This document shows, piece after piece, positions 12,657-25,500 of a stretch of 64,000 nt of DNA. The DNA lies in assembly GCF_003704095.1 (NCBI RefSeq), contig NW_020845533.1, positions 248,001 to 312,000 of the forward strand, in the 5' to 3' direction. This stretch comes from Pocillopora damicornis (taxonomy: Eukaryota). A program made the position numbers and the translations under genes. How positions within the stretch are numbered: the stretch's first letter is position 1; every line of letters begins with the position of its first letter. The notes under the pieces are model-generated. The model saw only the letters and a list, made by a program, of their open reading frames with translations, had not been told where the DNA came from and did not search any database.

Positions 12657-15600
12657 ATGGCAGCCGGTAGTGTTTTCGACGTTCGTTTATTTCCATGTTT
12701 GTGGATTATTGTCCATCTCGCAGCAGCAAATGGTGAGATCACAGAAAAGCTATCATTTTCATCAATTGCTTTTAAGAGGAAATGCAATTTTAAGCGCATA
12801 ATGCTGATGAAACGAAGTGCTTTAATTATTATATTGATTAGAAATTAACTCGACAAGCTTGCTTTCGTAGGAGATCGATGGAAACCGAAGTCAGAAGTTC
12901 TGTATGACACACGATTCCCTTCATAAAGTAGTCTGAACACGTTATCATACTAATTGTGATTTGTTCGAGAGGAAAAGAAGCGAATTTATCTTTTTTCAAA
13001 ATAAGTTTGCAGATTATGTCGTTCATGCAGATCAAGCGGTTTTATCGTTTAATTGGACACCGGGCGAGAGCATGATAAACAAATTTAAACGTTAACGAGC
13101 TGATTGCATTGGATTAAGCTGTCATTTAATCTATTCTGTTCAAAATGTGTTGCCGGTGAAATATTTTCACTCAAGACTAAAACTTAAAAGCAATCGATGA
13201 AATTGTGAAATAAAATATCAAAGATATTAGTGTTTCAGAGAGCCTGTTCCGTGTTTTACAACCAATGTATGGCGTAAAATAAAGCTAGTTTTGGACACAC
13301 TAAATCAGAATTGCCGGTTTCATTATTAAAATGTTTTAAAAGGTTATAAGAAACAAAAGACCTATGGCCAAGTTCGAAACGCAAGGCGTCTTGTCGATAG
13401 TCATTCGATATTTCTGTCAGTTTTGAATTCGCAAATTCCCATTTATACTGGCTGAAGAGCACGATCAACTTTACATAAGCAGAAAGTTCCGTATCTTTCA
13501 AAAATCAGACACGTTTTCATTTTCAACTGCGATAAGTTTAGAATTCATCATGATAAGTTTTTTTTTCCATCAAGCAAAACATTGCTAAGAACATCATGGC
13601 CTTAAGTTCAATTTCAATTGAAAATATTGCTACAATCTTTGCAGGAACTCTTATGCCTAACGTATGCTGGTTTCGTCACGAATTTGACATAAACATAATG
13701 CAAAACAAGGAAAAACTACCTAGCAACAAGTCTAACCACAGTTTTTGGGATTAGCACACATCACTACAGACGGATTAAATTTAAGGTCATGCGGGACTGG
13801 ACTTAAAGTTGTCAGAATTTAATAAGGACGACGAGTTGGGAAATGAAATGTTAAACATCATAGTTATATTTTTGCTTGAATGCCAAATACTAATTATTCA
13901 AAATTAGGATATATTATACAGGCACTGGTTGTTCGAAGCTTAGCTCACGTTATCCACTGGATAAACCTCTATTCGTTGAATAAAGCTATACGTTTTCTCT
14001 CACTTATCCGCCGGATGGCGGTTTATCCGTTGGATGGCGTTATCTGCCCTTTATGACGACTTGGCCAAGGTGAATAGTACTTTACGAGCTGATTGGCTAG
14101 TTCGAGAATATTTACCACCGGGCAGCCGAAGAGACAAAATCGTGTATCAAGAATTTAATTTCCAACCGTTGCTCGGTTCATTGACGGATATAAATAAATT
14201 TTTGGTTTCTGTGTGGTACATACTAAAACAATGATTCACCTCTGTGTCGTTTCAAGTGATGAATATTCACCTCTGGTTCGGTAAATAATTGTTAATCATA
14301 TGTCTCACAAACATCAACCGTGCCAGTATTACTTAACACTTCAGTCATTATCATGCTACGAACAGTGATTCACAATACGCATAAATCATTCCGAAGGTTG
14401 GCAGCCAAGCAGTCGGTCAGTAAGTCAGTTGGTCAAAGGTCATTCAATTAGTCAGTCAGTTTTTTGGCACTCTAACTTCTAAACCTAACACAATATTTTC
14501 TTTTTTCAAACAGAGAGGCTTTCGTTGGACACGAATCTAACGCGAAAAGAAATCACCACCATCTTGAGACGTCCCGTTAATCTTGGATGCTACGTGAACA
14601 AAAAAAACTATGCTAAGTCTTCGCAGACTGAGACCTCGTCTCTCGTTAGCTATGTCTGGTTAAAGGAAAACAAAATCATAACCCGGATCAACAACTCAAG
14701 CGATCGTGCCAGTGTCTTAGTTGTAACTCCAAAAGACGATTCAGATTATGGCACCTACCGGTGTAACGTCACAAATGGTGTCTCTAGAACTCAATGTAGT
14801 ATTGAACTGAAGCGAGGATGGACAAAGATGGGTTAGTTTCATACATTCATGCTTAGCTTTATCACTCTCAAAGTTATTAATCATTTGAACTACCACCTAG
14901 AAAGTGTGATTTTCAATTTGATTATGTTTAAAAGCCTTGAAAAATACTAAAAAACTCCTGCAGCATCATAACTTAACTCTTAAAAAACCATATCCAGTGA
15001 GAATTATCAAAAATTAGGACACGTATGGTGAATTCAGTCTCGAAACTGATCTCTTGGGTCGTGCCACATTTTTCCAGGAAACGATAATATGGATCCGCGG
15101 TATTTTTTTCTAGAAAATCATTCCACCCACAACTGCACACCCATACACATCTTTTGGGACACCAACTGCCTCCTCTGCCCCTCTCAATGTTAGTATGCAA
15201 CATGGCGTAGATACATTGATAATTAAAAAAATTTGTAGATCAGCAGGGCGATAGAACATAGACGTTGTTCTGAAGAAGTTTCCCTGATAATTATGTGTAG
15301 GAGTGCCAAGTTATTTTAGGATACCCTAATTCTTATACGCGTTTATTTACTTTCCAGAAAGCGTTCCTCTCACGACTGGGTGTGTAAACATTTCGCTATT
15401 GATGCCAGTGTTAGCAGTTGCCGTATTGTCATTGTTGTTAGTCATTCATCTTTTGATAAAAAAGAAGAACACTAAGAAAGCTGCACCAGAAACTTCGGAG
15501 CAGGAGTTTGAACGACACAACAAAACGTCGGTTACCCATCCTCATGCCCAACAACGCATGGAAACGAGAAAATTATCGAGGGATCTTCTTTACAATAGCT

Positions 15601-16595
15601 TTGCAGATGGAGAATCAAACACAAAAGAGTCAAAACCAGAAGTGGTATCGGTCGAAATGCACGTCGGAGGAGAATTTCATAGCACGCCTAACGGCAGACT
15701 AGGATCAGCTGGTAACCTCAGACGGGAGCGACCGAAAGGCTTTTACAACAAATCCTTGCGAAACGTACCACATGTTTCAGAGGATGGAGAAACAACTCCG
15801 AAGGACATCGGATTTTATAATGCAAATTTCAGAAACGAGTCTATGGATAGCGGTCTCGACTATTCCCGCACGGTCTCACCAAACACGAGCTTCGACGAAA
15901 CCTCCTTGGCTGACGAGAGCACAGTAAAAGGATATTACAATAAAACATTTAAAAACAACTCCACGGAAGATGATGGTGCTGATGATGTCTTTGCCAAAAA
16001 AAGCGAAGAGCTGACGGTGGCAGATAAATCAAAGAGTGGTAAGGCGATGGGATTCTATAACAAAACATTTCATTCCGAATCCATGGACCTCACTGATAAT
16101 GCAAGTGATGGTGGCTGCGCATCGGTTTCAAGTGGTTCCGTGGTAGGTGAGGCTGGAGATAAAACAGCGCAACCCAAAGCGTTGACCGACGTATTCCCAA
16201 AGCGGGAAGAGGAAATGACAGTCGCTGACAAGTCAAAAAGTGGAAAAGCCATGGGATTCTTCAACAAAACCTTTCATTCCGACTCCATCGACGCCTCAGA
16301 TGGTGATGACGATGGGGTCCTTGCGGCAGAATCAGGTAACCCAACAAGCAGCAAGACTGAAGATGACAAAGTAGACACATCTAATGCTGTACCTGACGCC
16401 TTGACAGTTGCTGAAAAGTCTAAGAGTGGAAAAGCGATGGGATTCTTTAACAAAACGTTCCACGAATCTGTGGATATCCCAGACGACGATAATGATGGTA
16501 CCGGCGTGTCAGAATCAGCAACCAGTGTCAATCATCCAGCGGAATGCGAGTCAAAGGAGGAACCTCATGTGTCCGAGGAAGACACTTACTTCTGA
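12657..16595 (+). CDS. Single Ig-domain type I transmembrane protein, long-tailed paralog, 543 aa, 3 exons
   Basis: Exons: 12657-12732 (MAAGSVFDVRLFPCLWIIVHLAAAN, donor GTGAGA), 14514-14831 (Ig: NLGC..W..DYGTYRC, donor GTTAGT) and 15358-16595 (TM plus acidic repeat tail ending DTYF*). Both introns are phase 1, total 1632 nt. Ig and TM segments are clearly homologous to the 815-4236 gene. Confidence 0.87.
13922..14070. mobile_element. MITE with internal GGATA/TATCC palindromes
   Basis: GGTTGTTCGAAG...TATCCACTGGATAAA...TATCCGCCGGAT...GACGACTTGGCC; same family as 33511-33660 and 38287-38436. Confidence 0.6.
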
Positions 16596-16851
16596 GAGAA
16601 GACATTTTGAAATATTGAGGAACTGTAGATGTAATTTTTTTCATTTTCTTGACCCTATTTTGATTAAGATGATACTCGTTTCAATTGTCACTCTCCTTAA
16701 CAATCCATTGTGCATATCTGACTACTTTTCGTTATTGAGAGAGCTTCCATACTGTGATAATTAAGGTAAGAAACCCACTTGTATATATATATACATATGG
16801 CATGGCTTAGATGATCCCACATGTGTGAGATCACTTGGGGTGGCTATATGG

Positions 16852-16951
16852 NNNNNNNNNNNNNNNNNNNNNNNNNNNNNNNNNNNNNNNNNNNNNNNNN
16901 NNNNNNNNNNNNNNNNNNNNNNNNNNNNNNNNNNNNNNNNNNNNNNNNNNN
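16852..16951. other. Assembly gap (100 N)
   Basis: Run of exactly 100 N. Confidence 1.
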
Positions 16952-17976
16952 AGGGGAAACGGGGGAGGGGGTTCAGTTGGCGCCAAGGGAATATAGAGGA
17001 GGAACTACAGAAAATTGACTGCAAATCAACTGGGGGGGAGGGGGTTTGAGATAAATTTCATCTTGACACTTCTCAAATGCTCCGACCTCCTAATTGATAT
17101 TTATCTTTATTCTCATCACGTCTGCTTGATATTGTATTGTTATTGTAAGAAGTTCAGTCTTCCTTACAATATAAAAAGGGGCACTACAAAAAATTGACTG
17201 CCAATGCGGAAGGTTAATAAGCATATCACAGATCCTTCGGGAGGATTGTATTAATCTTATTCCTACCCAAACAAAATACTCAAACTCCTCTTCCCTGATT
17301 AATATTACTTAACCGGGCTCTGAGTGTAAAAGTATGTAAGTGTGAACGTATACGTGGGATTTTTCTAAAACGTCAAGAATTTTAGAATTCCGTGTAACCA
17401 TTGCTTCAAAGAAAATGAAGAAATGTATAAAATAATAGTAAGCAAATGCCAATAATGTTGGCATTTAGATAGAGTGAGTATTTTCAGTTATGTTACAGTT
17501 ATAAATATGTCAATATTTTAAGTAAGGCCAGATTTTATATTAATCCTGGTCTTGTATGTATTGTTAATTTAAAAACATATAAATTAAAAAAACCCTAACA
17601 TGCAATCCCTTACGGTTTGGAACTTTTTAGTTCTCACCTGATAACGCTGCATTAAGGATTAAAGACAAAATTATCCAAATATGTACAGAAATGAAATTGA
17701 AATTGGTAGTTGGCGATTAATGAATTGGTTTTCTCAGGCTCCTGGTTTTCTACGATAACTTACAACCCTTACAACCAGTGTTTGAAAATTTTTGCATTAA
17801 AGAAAATAGGACGAAGGAAAGTGTTGTCCTTTTTATCTTCCATTATTCACAGTCAATCCTTCAACCCTACGAGAGATCACAAGAAACTTCTCCTGACATT
17901 AAAAATAAATTTTCATCAGTCTGGTTTGAGCAGACCAAAGAAGAGCGCGGGGCAAACTCCTGTTCCTATCGTAACC

Positions 17977-18196
17977 AATAGGCCATTTTACAGTTGTGTA
18001 CTTAGTTGCCAAGCCTCTTATTTGGAGTGAGGCTGAAGGTGACCTTGCCGTGATAGAGACCAGTATCTAGTTGGCATGATAACAAAGTAATTTGCATTTG
18101 AAAAGCAGCAAGGTTTGTATCATAACAAGGTCACCCTTAGCCTCATTCTTGTTGAAAGGCTTGGCAACCAAGCACACAACTGTAAAATGTACTATT
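17977..18196. mobile_element. MITE with about 40-bp terminal inverted repeats
   Basis: AATAGGCCATTTTACAGTTGTGTACTTAGTTGCCAAGCCT ... AGGCTTGGCAACCAAGCACACAACTGTAAAATGTACTATT. Confidence 0.8.
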
Positions 18197-19571
18197 CAAA
18201 CAAACGAAAATATCAACAATTTACGGCGTCATCTCACATAAGAGATGGGCGTGCTCAATAAAAAACAAACAACAACAACAAAAAAACTGGGCTTGCCAAA
18301 ATAAAAAATTTCTCGAAGACGTCCGCAAGTTTTCTCTGTCGACGATGTGTTCTTTGGTAATGCACCAGTGTAATAAGCTGTGGCGTTGATCTCCTAATTC
18401 AGTTCTTTTGCCACAATTATCACCACCCAGGTCTCGCGTACCCAATTCATCTCCTTCGACCAGAAAACTTCAAAAATTTCAGCAGCAGCGCAGATGTCTA
18501 CTGTTTTCAAATGGCCTTCAACATTTTCAATTTCCTCAATGAGTGTTTTACATGTAAATGATTACAACTGGTGCTGACCTTCACCTTCTTAGTGTTGACA
18601 GAACTGCATTGCCAGGAAAGTGGCAGAAGGATATTTAAGAGACGCGGTTTAAATTAATTTTTTTCTCCCTTTCTCGAAGGTTGCTTTCCTTGTCTTCCTG
18701 AACGTTTCAATTTTCTCAATGGTTGTTTTATTTGTACACAAAGCTTACAGTAGAAATTGGATAAGACATCACCCCTATTTGGTGACCCAAATGGCTTCGT
18801 ATCAGTGTTTCTTTCCTGAGGACAAGCTATATTTTCTCATATGTTGTGATATCAATTCACTCGTGATTAAATCTTTTAAAAAAGCATCTGAAGAATTTAA
18901 ATGAAACGAAATAAGCTTTTGTAACTCATAGGTTGATGACTTTTCTGTTATTACTGCCTATTTCCCCATCCTCTTCTACCCAATCTCTCACGGTCTATTT
19001 AACCTGCGAGCAGACTCTTGAGCCTTTCTGCGCAGCTGCCCATTTCACCATCGGCAGCCGCTTAAGGTCAAAGTCAGTGAAATCCCTCGGGTTGTTTTGC
19101 AAGACCAAACAAAGTCTGCAAAGGACACTACTGAATATGTAGCACTGTTACCTTCTCAACTTGATTATTAATATTAAATCCACTGGATGAGAAGGGGCAC
19201 ATTCATATTCCACTCCTTTAAACTACGCCTTATCCCATGGAATCATTCTCAAACAAAATATTCCGAAGAAGACTGGCTGTGAAATAACTCCGAGAACTGC
19301 ATGAGTTGCAAAAATGGTACCCAAAAATGGAACCACACGTAGATTATGACTTAACTGCGTACAGTATGCTTTACTTGCGCACGAATTTCAAGCAGTCTAG
19401 GCAACATGTGTGTAATGCATAATATTATTATCACTCTTAACAAACTTGTTTACTGATCTAAAACATGCGCAGAGAAGTCACAGGCCTCTAACACATGCGA
19501 ATTCCATCTTCGCTCCAGATCATAAGCCTGTTTACTTTCTTGTGCCTTAGAGCAAGCGCAGAATCAGCTTG

Positions 19572-22500
19572 CTAACTAGCATAAGCTGTCCCGTAGAGCC
19601 CTCGACAGAGCAACGAAAACTGTGTCACAGATTCTTTAACCCGTCTTCTATGAGCTCTTTCCCTGTTGAATAAATTAATAACATTGTAAGGAACCAAATG
19701 GTACAGAGTCCACAAAACAAAGTTCTCAAGGCCAACACAGTTTACAAAAGTCAAACTTTCATAACAAGTAACATTTGCATTTACTACAAGTTCAGGCTTA
19801 TTCTTTTGACGTTGGTTTGCGTTTGATACTCAAACAGGACTTAGGCAAAACAGCCAATCACAACAAAGGTCAACATCACAAAGAGCCAATCAGCACTTAG
19901 AAAAGACAGTCGTAACAGTTTTAGGTACAGGAAGAGGCTGGTAACCAGATATCACGATTGGTTCAAACCAGATTTGTATGGAATGTGGCGCGAGTTTTCA
20001 CGCCAACCTAAGGGGGTCGTGAGGCAAACAAGAGCGAATCAGAAGTCGTCTTCACTCACAATCGAAAACTTTGCACACCGCTGGCAGTAGCCATTCTTAC
20101 CTTAAAACAGCACTAGAGAATTGTTCTTTTTGAGACACTGTGACCAGATTGGATGGAAATCCTTCAACCTCCATCACTTCCTATCACCAAAAAAAAACAC
20201 TTGACAGGTTATATAAGGAATCTTGTAAGCAACGAGCCCGTCCTGTTTGTCGCGTAAGGCAAAAAAGGTTCCCTTATGAAAACCTGGTCGCTGATTGTGC
20301 GCCAAAAAAACTGCGTCTTGTTTTAATTTTTTTTTGCAGGCATCTTTACGGTTTTTTGGGGTAGTAAAACAAATTTCAGCTAAAATATTTCCTATTCTAT
20401 CTTCACAAATATTGAAGAAGCGAAAAAAGAAATTAATAAACGAAGAGAAATTAAAAGCATACCGCTATCTGTTTCATGCCAATATTTTAAAAGTGAAGAA
20501 AAATCGTAGCAAGGTGGCATCGAGCAGCCTTAGAGTCCTTTTCATAAAGTACCTGCATCCAACGCGACAGCATTGTCACGTTATGTCTGTTTAAAGCAAA
20601 CAAGATTTCCGCCATGTAATCCGTACATTGACGAGGAACTCCGCCAGCTATTCCCTAGAGGAAAGCAAATGAATTCCTTACAGAAACGTCTTACACATTT
20701 TCAACGAAAAAAATCGAACCCAGGCCCATCCTGATGTCGTAGACGAATACGTTTTACCTCATGGTATAACGTTAATCATGCTATGAGCTTTAGGTATGGA
20801 CCTAAAATTCACTTACTCACTCACTCGCTCGACCCTGATTTGTTAAACAATTACTTTATGAATAAAGCGTGGCTAAATGCGTTGTCCCTTGCCTCATCTA
20901 CTAGCTAGGTTTGGATGAATCCCCACTTTTCATATCTGGGGGGGGGGGGGGGGGGGGGGGTGGGACAATATTTACCTCTACCAATGAGTACACATAGTTA
21001 GCTGCAAGTGGTCACTATATGATAAACTGATCCTACATACATTTTAATCGGTTCTTACTTCTGAACAAACAGAGGACAGACGCATAGATGAAATCGCCAC
21101 TTACAACGCTTTGCTTTGTTATTACATAAAACAAATGCATTCCAAGCCGTCGGACGTCTATAAAGTAGTAGATGACAGAAGACTTCATAATGTGGTAGAA
21201 CATCACTCGGTTGCGCCTCGCGCACCACTTCCTTGTTCTTCGCACATTTTGATGTCATCTGTGATCTATTACTGTACAGACCCATGGCGACTTGGAATCT
21301 ATTTGTTAAGTAGATGACAAAGTTGATATGTGATCCTTAAATCGTGACGAAGCTCATTAAAGTAAACGGAGAGAGATTTGATCACGTTGACTCCTCATCA
21401 ACGGTCGGATGTCTCCCTTAAGATTCTACTTTTCACACTTATCATTTTGCACTAAAAAATTTAATTGCTACCATTACCATTATTGTACAAGACACTGTGT
21501 CAGAAAAGAATGCTGGACATGAAACTTAGACTCACCCTAATAACTTGACTGACTAGGTAGGATCCGTATTCTTGTAGCGTACGTTTCGCAGTTTCTTCAT
21601 TTTCACAAGCAGTTATGAACGTCGACTGTGGCAAAAATGTATTATGTTTACAACAAAGTTAGTTATTGTTGCTTTCCTAACATTCAAATGCATTTTTTCA
21701 AAAACGAACGTTGTGCACGCAGCTAACAGTTTAGCTAAGAACACACTTGCAGGGCAAGAACACATTTTGGGGCTAACCATGAAATACGAAAAGCGTTTAT
21801 AACTCTTCGATAGTCGAGGAAAATACTCCTCGAAATATTTACAAATTCTAATTTTAAGACCGATAATGAGGATAATTAAGAATTCCTCTAAGGAAAGAAC
21901 TTAAAATTCTATGGACCATATAATAAAAGGAACATTACATGTACACCTGTGGATACGAATTTATTCTCTCGTGTTGAGAAGAACATTCAAGAGTAACAGA
22001 TCTTATCGACAATCGAAGATACAATTCGTATCCAAGCGGCCATGCACTGAGCCTACGAGCTGGGGACGAGTTCGGGAGAGGTTTGCCGGGGATCTGGCAC
22101 TATCGGTGCCAGACCCATAGTTTCCAGCGGGCAGAGAGATGACTGTGCCGCAGCGCTAATAATGAGGGCCTGGTCGCAAGCTACCATGTACTATCCTCTA
22201 TCTCACGAAACTGGGGCGGGTTGTATTATAACGTCCATTGTTGTTATCTGAAGTTACACCATACTTACAAAGAACGTACAGGCAGCTCTCACAGTGTGAC
22301 TCTCTTGAACATCAAGGGCTGCGAGTCCTGTCGATTAATCAGTCAATCAATTAATTACATTTTTTATCGGAATGGGTTAAGCTTTTAGTGGGTAAAGCTA
22401 GAAAAAAGACCAACAGGGTTCATCGGAACGTTAACAGTAACACAAGATCGCGTAGCATAGTGTAAAGCAACGTAAAACAAGAAGATTCTCCTGTGTTTTA

Positions 22501-25500
22501 CGTTCCCTCGTCATCTACTATCTTACCGCACTGAAATATGTTCACATGATATCCATCTCCTTCAAATACCAGTTTTGTATTGGCCTTCAGTCCCTGTTGA
22601 AAAATGTTTTGTAAGAAATGTATACACGAAAAACAAAGACAGGAATGTCGGATTTTACAATAGAAAACTCGAAATTCAAAAGTGGTGGAGATTCTTAGTT
22701 CTCGGTGAGAGCGGATATTTTGTTGCGCAGTAAAGAAAAGCGAAAATTTGGCCGTGGTTTGTAAAGGCAAGGTAAACTACCCATCGGAAAGCGAAGCTAA
22801 GAAGATACTTGAATGATTCGTGCAATGACGATCAAAAAAGAGAAATTGATAGGAGTGAAACGATTTAAAAGTTCTCCTGAGAAACTTACCCTACAAACAA
22901 ACTGCATAAATGACTGAAGTATATCTGGAAAGTCGCGCAAATCTGTCCCACAAACATGAGTAAAATAGAAAAAGATCATGAAGACCTTACACTACAAGTA
23001 TGAACGCACTAGAATTAGCAGAACAGTGTCCAGTGCTACAAAAGATCGTGTTCTACTAAAGCACCCAGCCATCATATAATTTTACCAAAGCCACGGACAC
23101 CCTTTCGTAAATTTCAATATCTGCTAAGTAATGATTTAGAACTTAGAACAGATACCCCTCAATAAGAATCAATTACGACCAGCACAAAAGAATTATTTAC
23201 GACATCAACATTACAAACGCACCGAACAGAACCTAACTTTACCGACGGATCGAAGCTGACTAGCCACGACCAACTTGCGCCACTTCAGTCTTACGGCCAA
23301 TAACATCACGGCCAAACTGACCAATCAGTTTACATGAAGCGAACTAAGTACATTCGACTGACAACAATTGTTCACTTGACTCTGATGAAGACTTCCGCTC
23401 AGGTCGTCGAAACGTCAGTGACAACTACCGACAACAGTCCTTTACAGGATTACAGTATCACATGTTGCCCCCAAGTTCAAACCATTTACCGTAATATCTG
23501 CTGAGTTAATCTCAAAACGTTCAAAATAGAAGCCTAGCGTAACTCGACCTTTACATGGCACTGGCCAGAAGTAGTTCAAAAGTTACATCACCAAATTCCA
23601 ACGAGCCTCCAAGCAAACTCTTCAAATTAAAAAATTGTGACTAAAGCATCAAGTCGGTTGTCACACAAAACATTTACATAAATGATGATGTTGTCACGCA
23701 ATTAATAAGTTGCTATATAACCCTTTACACACTTACTGCTCTGCAGAAGCTGCAATGTTGTTGTGGTGATTCTTTGAAATACTAGAAGTATGGTGCGGTA
23801 ATGTTCGTCCACCATACCGTACATTCCTATCAGCTTAAAGATTAAAATAAATATAATGGTAGAGGACTTTTAGTCAGTGATCCATGCACCTGACCCTTTC
23901 GAAACAGTTCTGTTGTACAATGTTATAATTTCTCCTTTTCTATTAAATTAAAAATTATTTAGCTCCACGAGTGTAGAGCACTCTGCGACTAAAACATAAG
24001 GTTTTCACGTAAAGATATGTAGAGGTTTATAAAGATATGAAAAAACGTTGATAGAATTACTTTATCTCAAATGAATAAAGGGGGTAAATACCTTAAGAAA
24101 CTGTAGTGCTGCGTAAGTGGAGTTTATGACAAACTAATTTGCTTTGATCAACTGAGTTAGTAGTGATAATTGGCCACCGTAAAGAGTTTCTAAAGCTAGA
24201 CTGACTCTTTATACACTCGTTACGGTGGCCAATTTACATTATTAGCAACTCCGTTGAAAAAACCAAATTTTATCTTGAGAATCACGATGACCGCTGATTA
24301 ACACTTAACCCCTTGACTCCAAAGATCTAATTGATAATTCTCCCCTTTAACTGCTACACATTGCCTTGGAAATTAATTATGAGAATTTGGTGTTTGATCA
24401 AGAAAAGAACTCCTACCTATTGAGTTTAAGTATTCTCATCACCTGTTTTCTTGATAATGTATGGATATTAAAGGGAGAAGTTACGCATAGATCACTTCTG
24501 GGAGTTTATGGGTTAACTGCCAGATAAAGGTATTCTTACCGTGGAAGCGAGATCCAGGATTCCACTGGTTGGAGAAACGGAGAAATATCCGACCACAAGT
24601 TCAGACAGACCGGACACAAGTCCGCCCATGTAGTCTCTTATTGTTCCTATGGCTCTCTCCAAGCACAGGCAGAATTGCTATTCAGCAGCACCGTATGTAA
24701 AATGTTAAAAGCAGGTAATGAGATTAAGTAAACTAAAGATTTAGTCAAGCTTCAAAGCGGAGTTCCAGATGGTTAAGTTTACTACGTACCCTCTAATTTA
24801 TTAGAACTCGTCACGGGCGGTGACGTGACACCGAAGATCAAACAATAAACGAAAACAACGGATTTACCAGAGCTTTCAAGAGAAGATAAGCTTTGAGAAT
24901 AACTTCCCCAGGCCACAAAGAACTTACTCAAAAACACCTAGTTCAGTTATTTTTAGACAAAAGGTACTTGTCAGCCAGAAAAATTTCCCATGGAGATTAA
25001 TACGCCAGCTATAATGTACATGACGAAGTTGTTCCGCTGTCTTCCGAAGCGCGAAAAAGGTTGAAGCCAATTTCGCTGTGAAAGGAATATACTCAGAATC
25101 GCCGCAAAAGATCACATAAACCATATCATAATCCATCACATATCTTTGCTTGCATACGATTGGTCTAAACGCATTACGAGACTGCATATGCCCCTGCAAA
25201 AACTGGAGAATATCCGAGGAGATACCCAAGTGATATTCCTCAACTGTTAAACCTTCTTCTCAACTGTCAAACAACTTCCAGTGTTTCACATTACACTTAT
25301 CCTTGCAAAATAAGCACAAAACGAACCTGACATGTCACGACAATAGACAACGTTGTCAGCTGGAGGGTGCTTTCTTGAAATAACATTGGGTTCTTTCCAT
25401 TATTTACAGGGAGGTGTAGACAACAGTTACAAGAGTAACATCCAGGGAGTAAAGTATTATTACATATTTATCGTCCACGCGTTCTCGACAAAGAGAAGTT

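Noticed and set aside
16761-17049. ORFs spanning the N run
   Set aside because: Artefacts of the assembly gap.
18221-18760. Coding-like minus-strand stretch with a short internal duplication (TTTCAATTT[CT]CTCAATG at about 18525 and 18705)
   Set aside because: Contains stops and no recognisable domain or consistent splice structure; could be a decayed pseudogene but I cannot support it.
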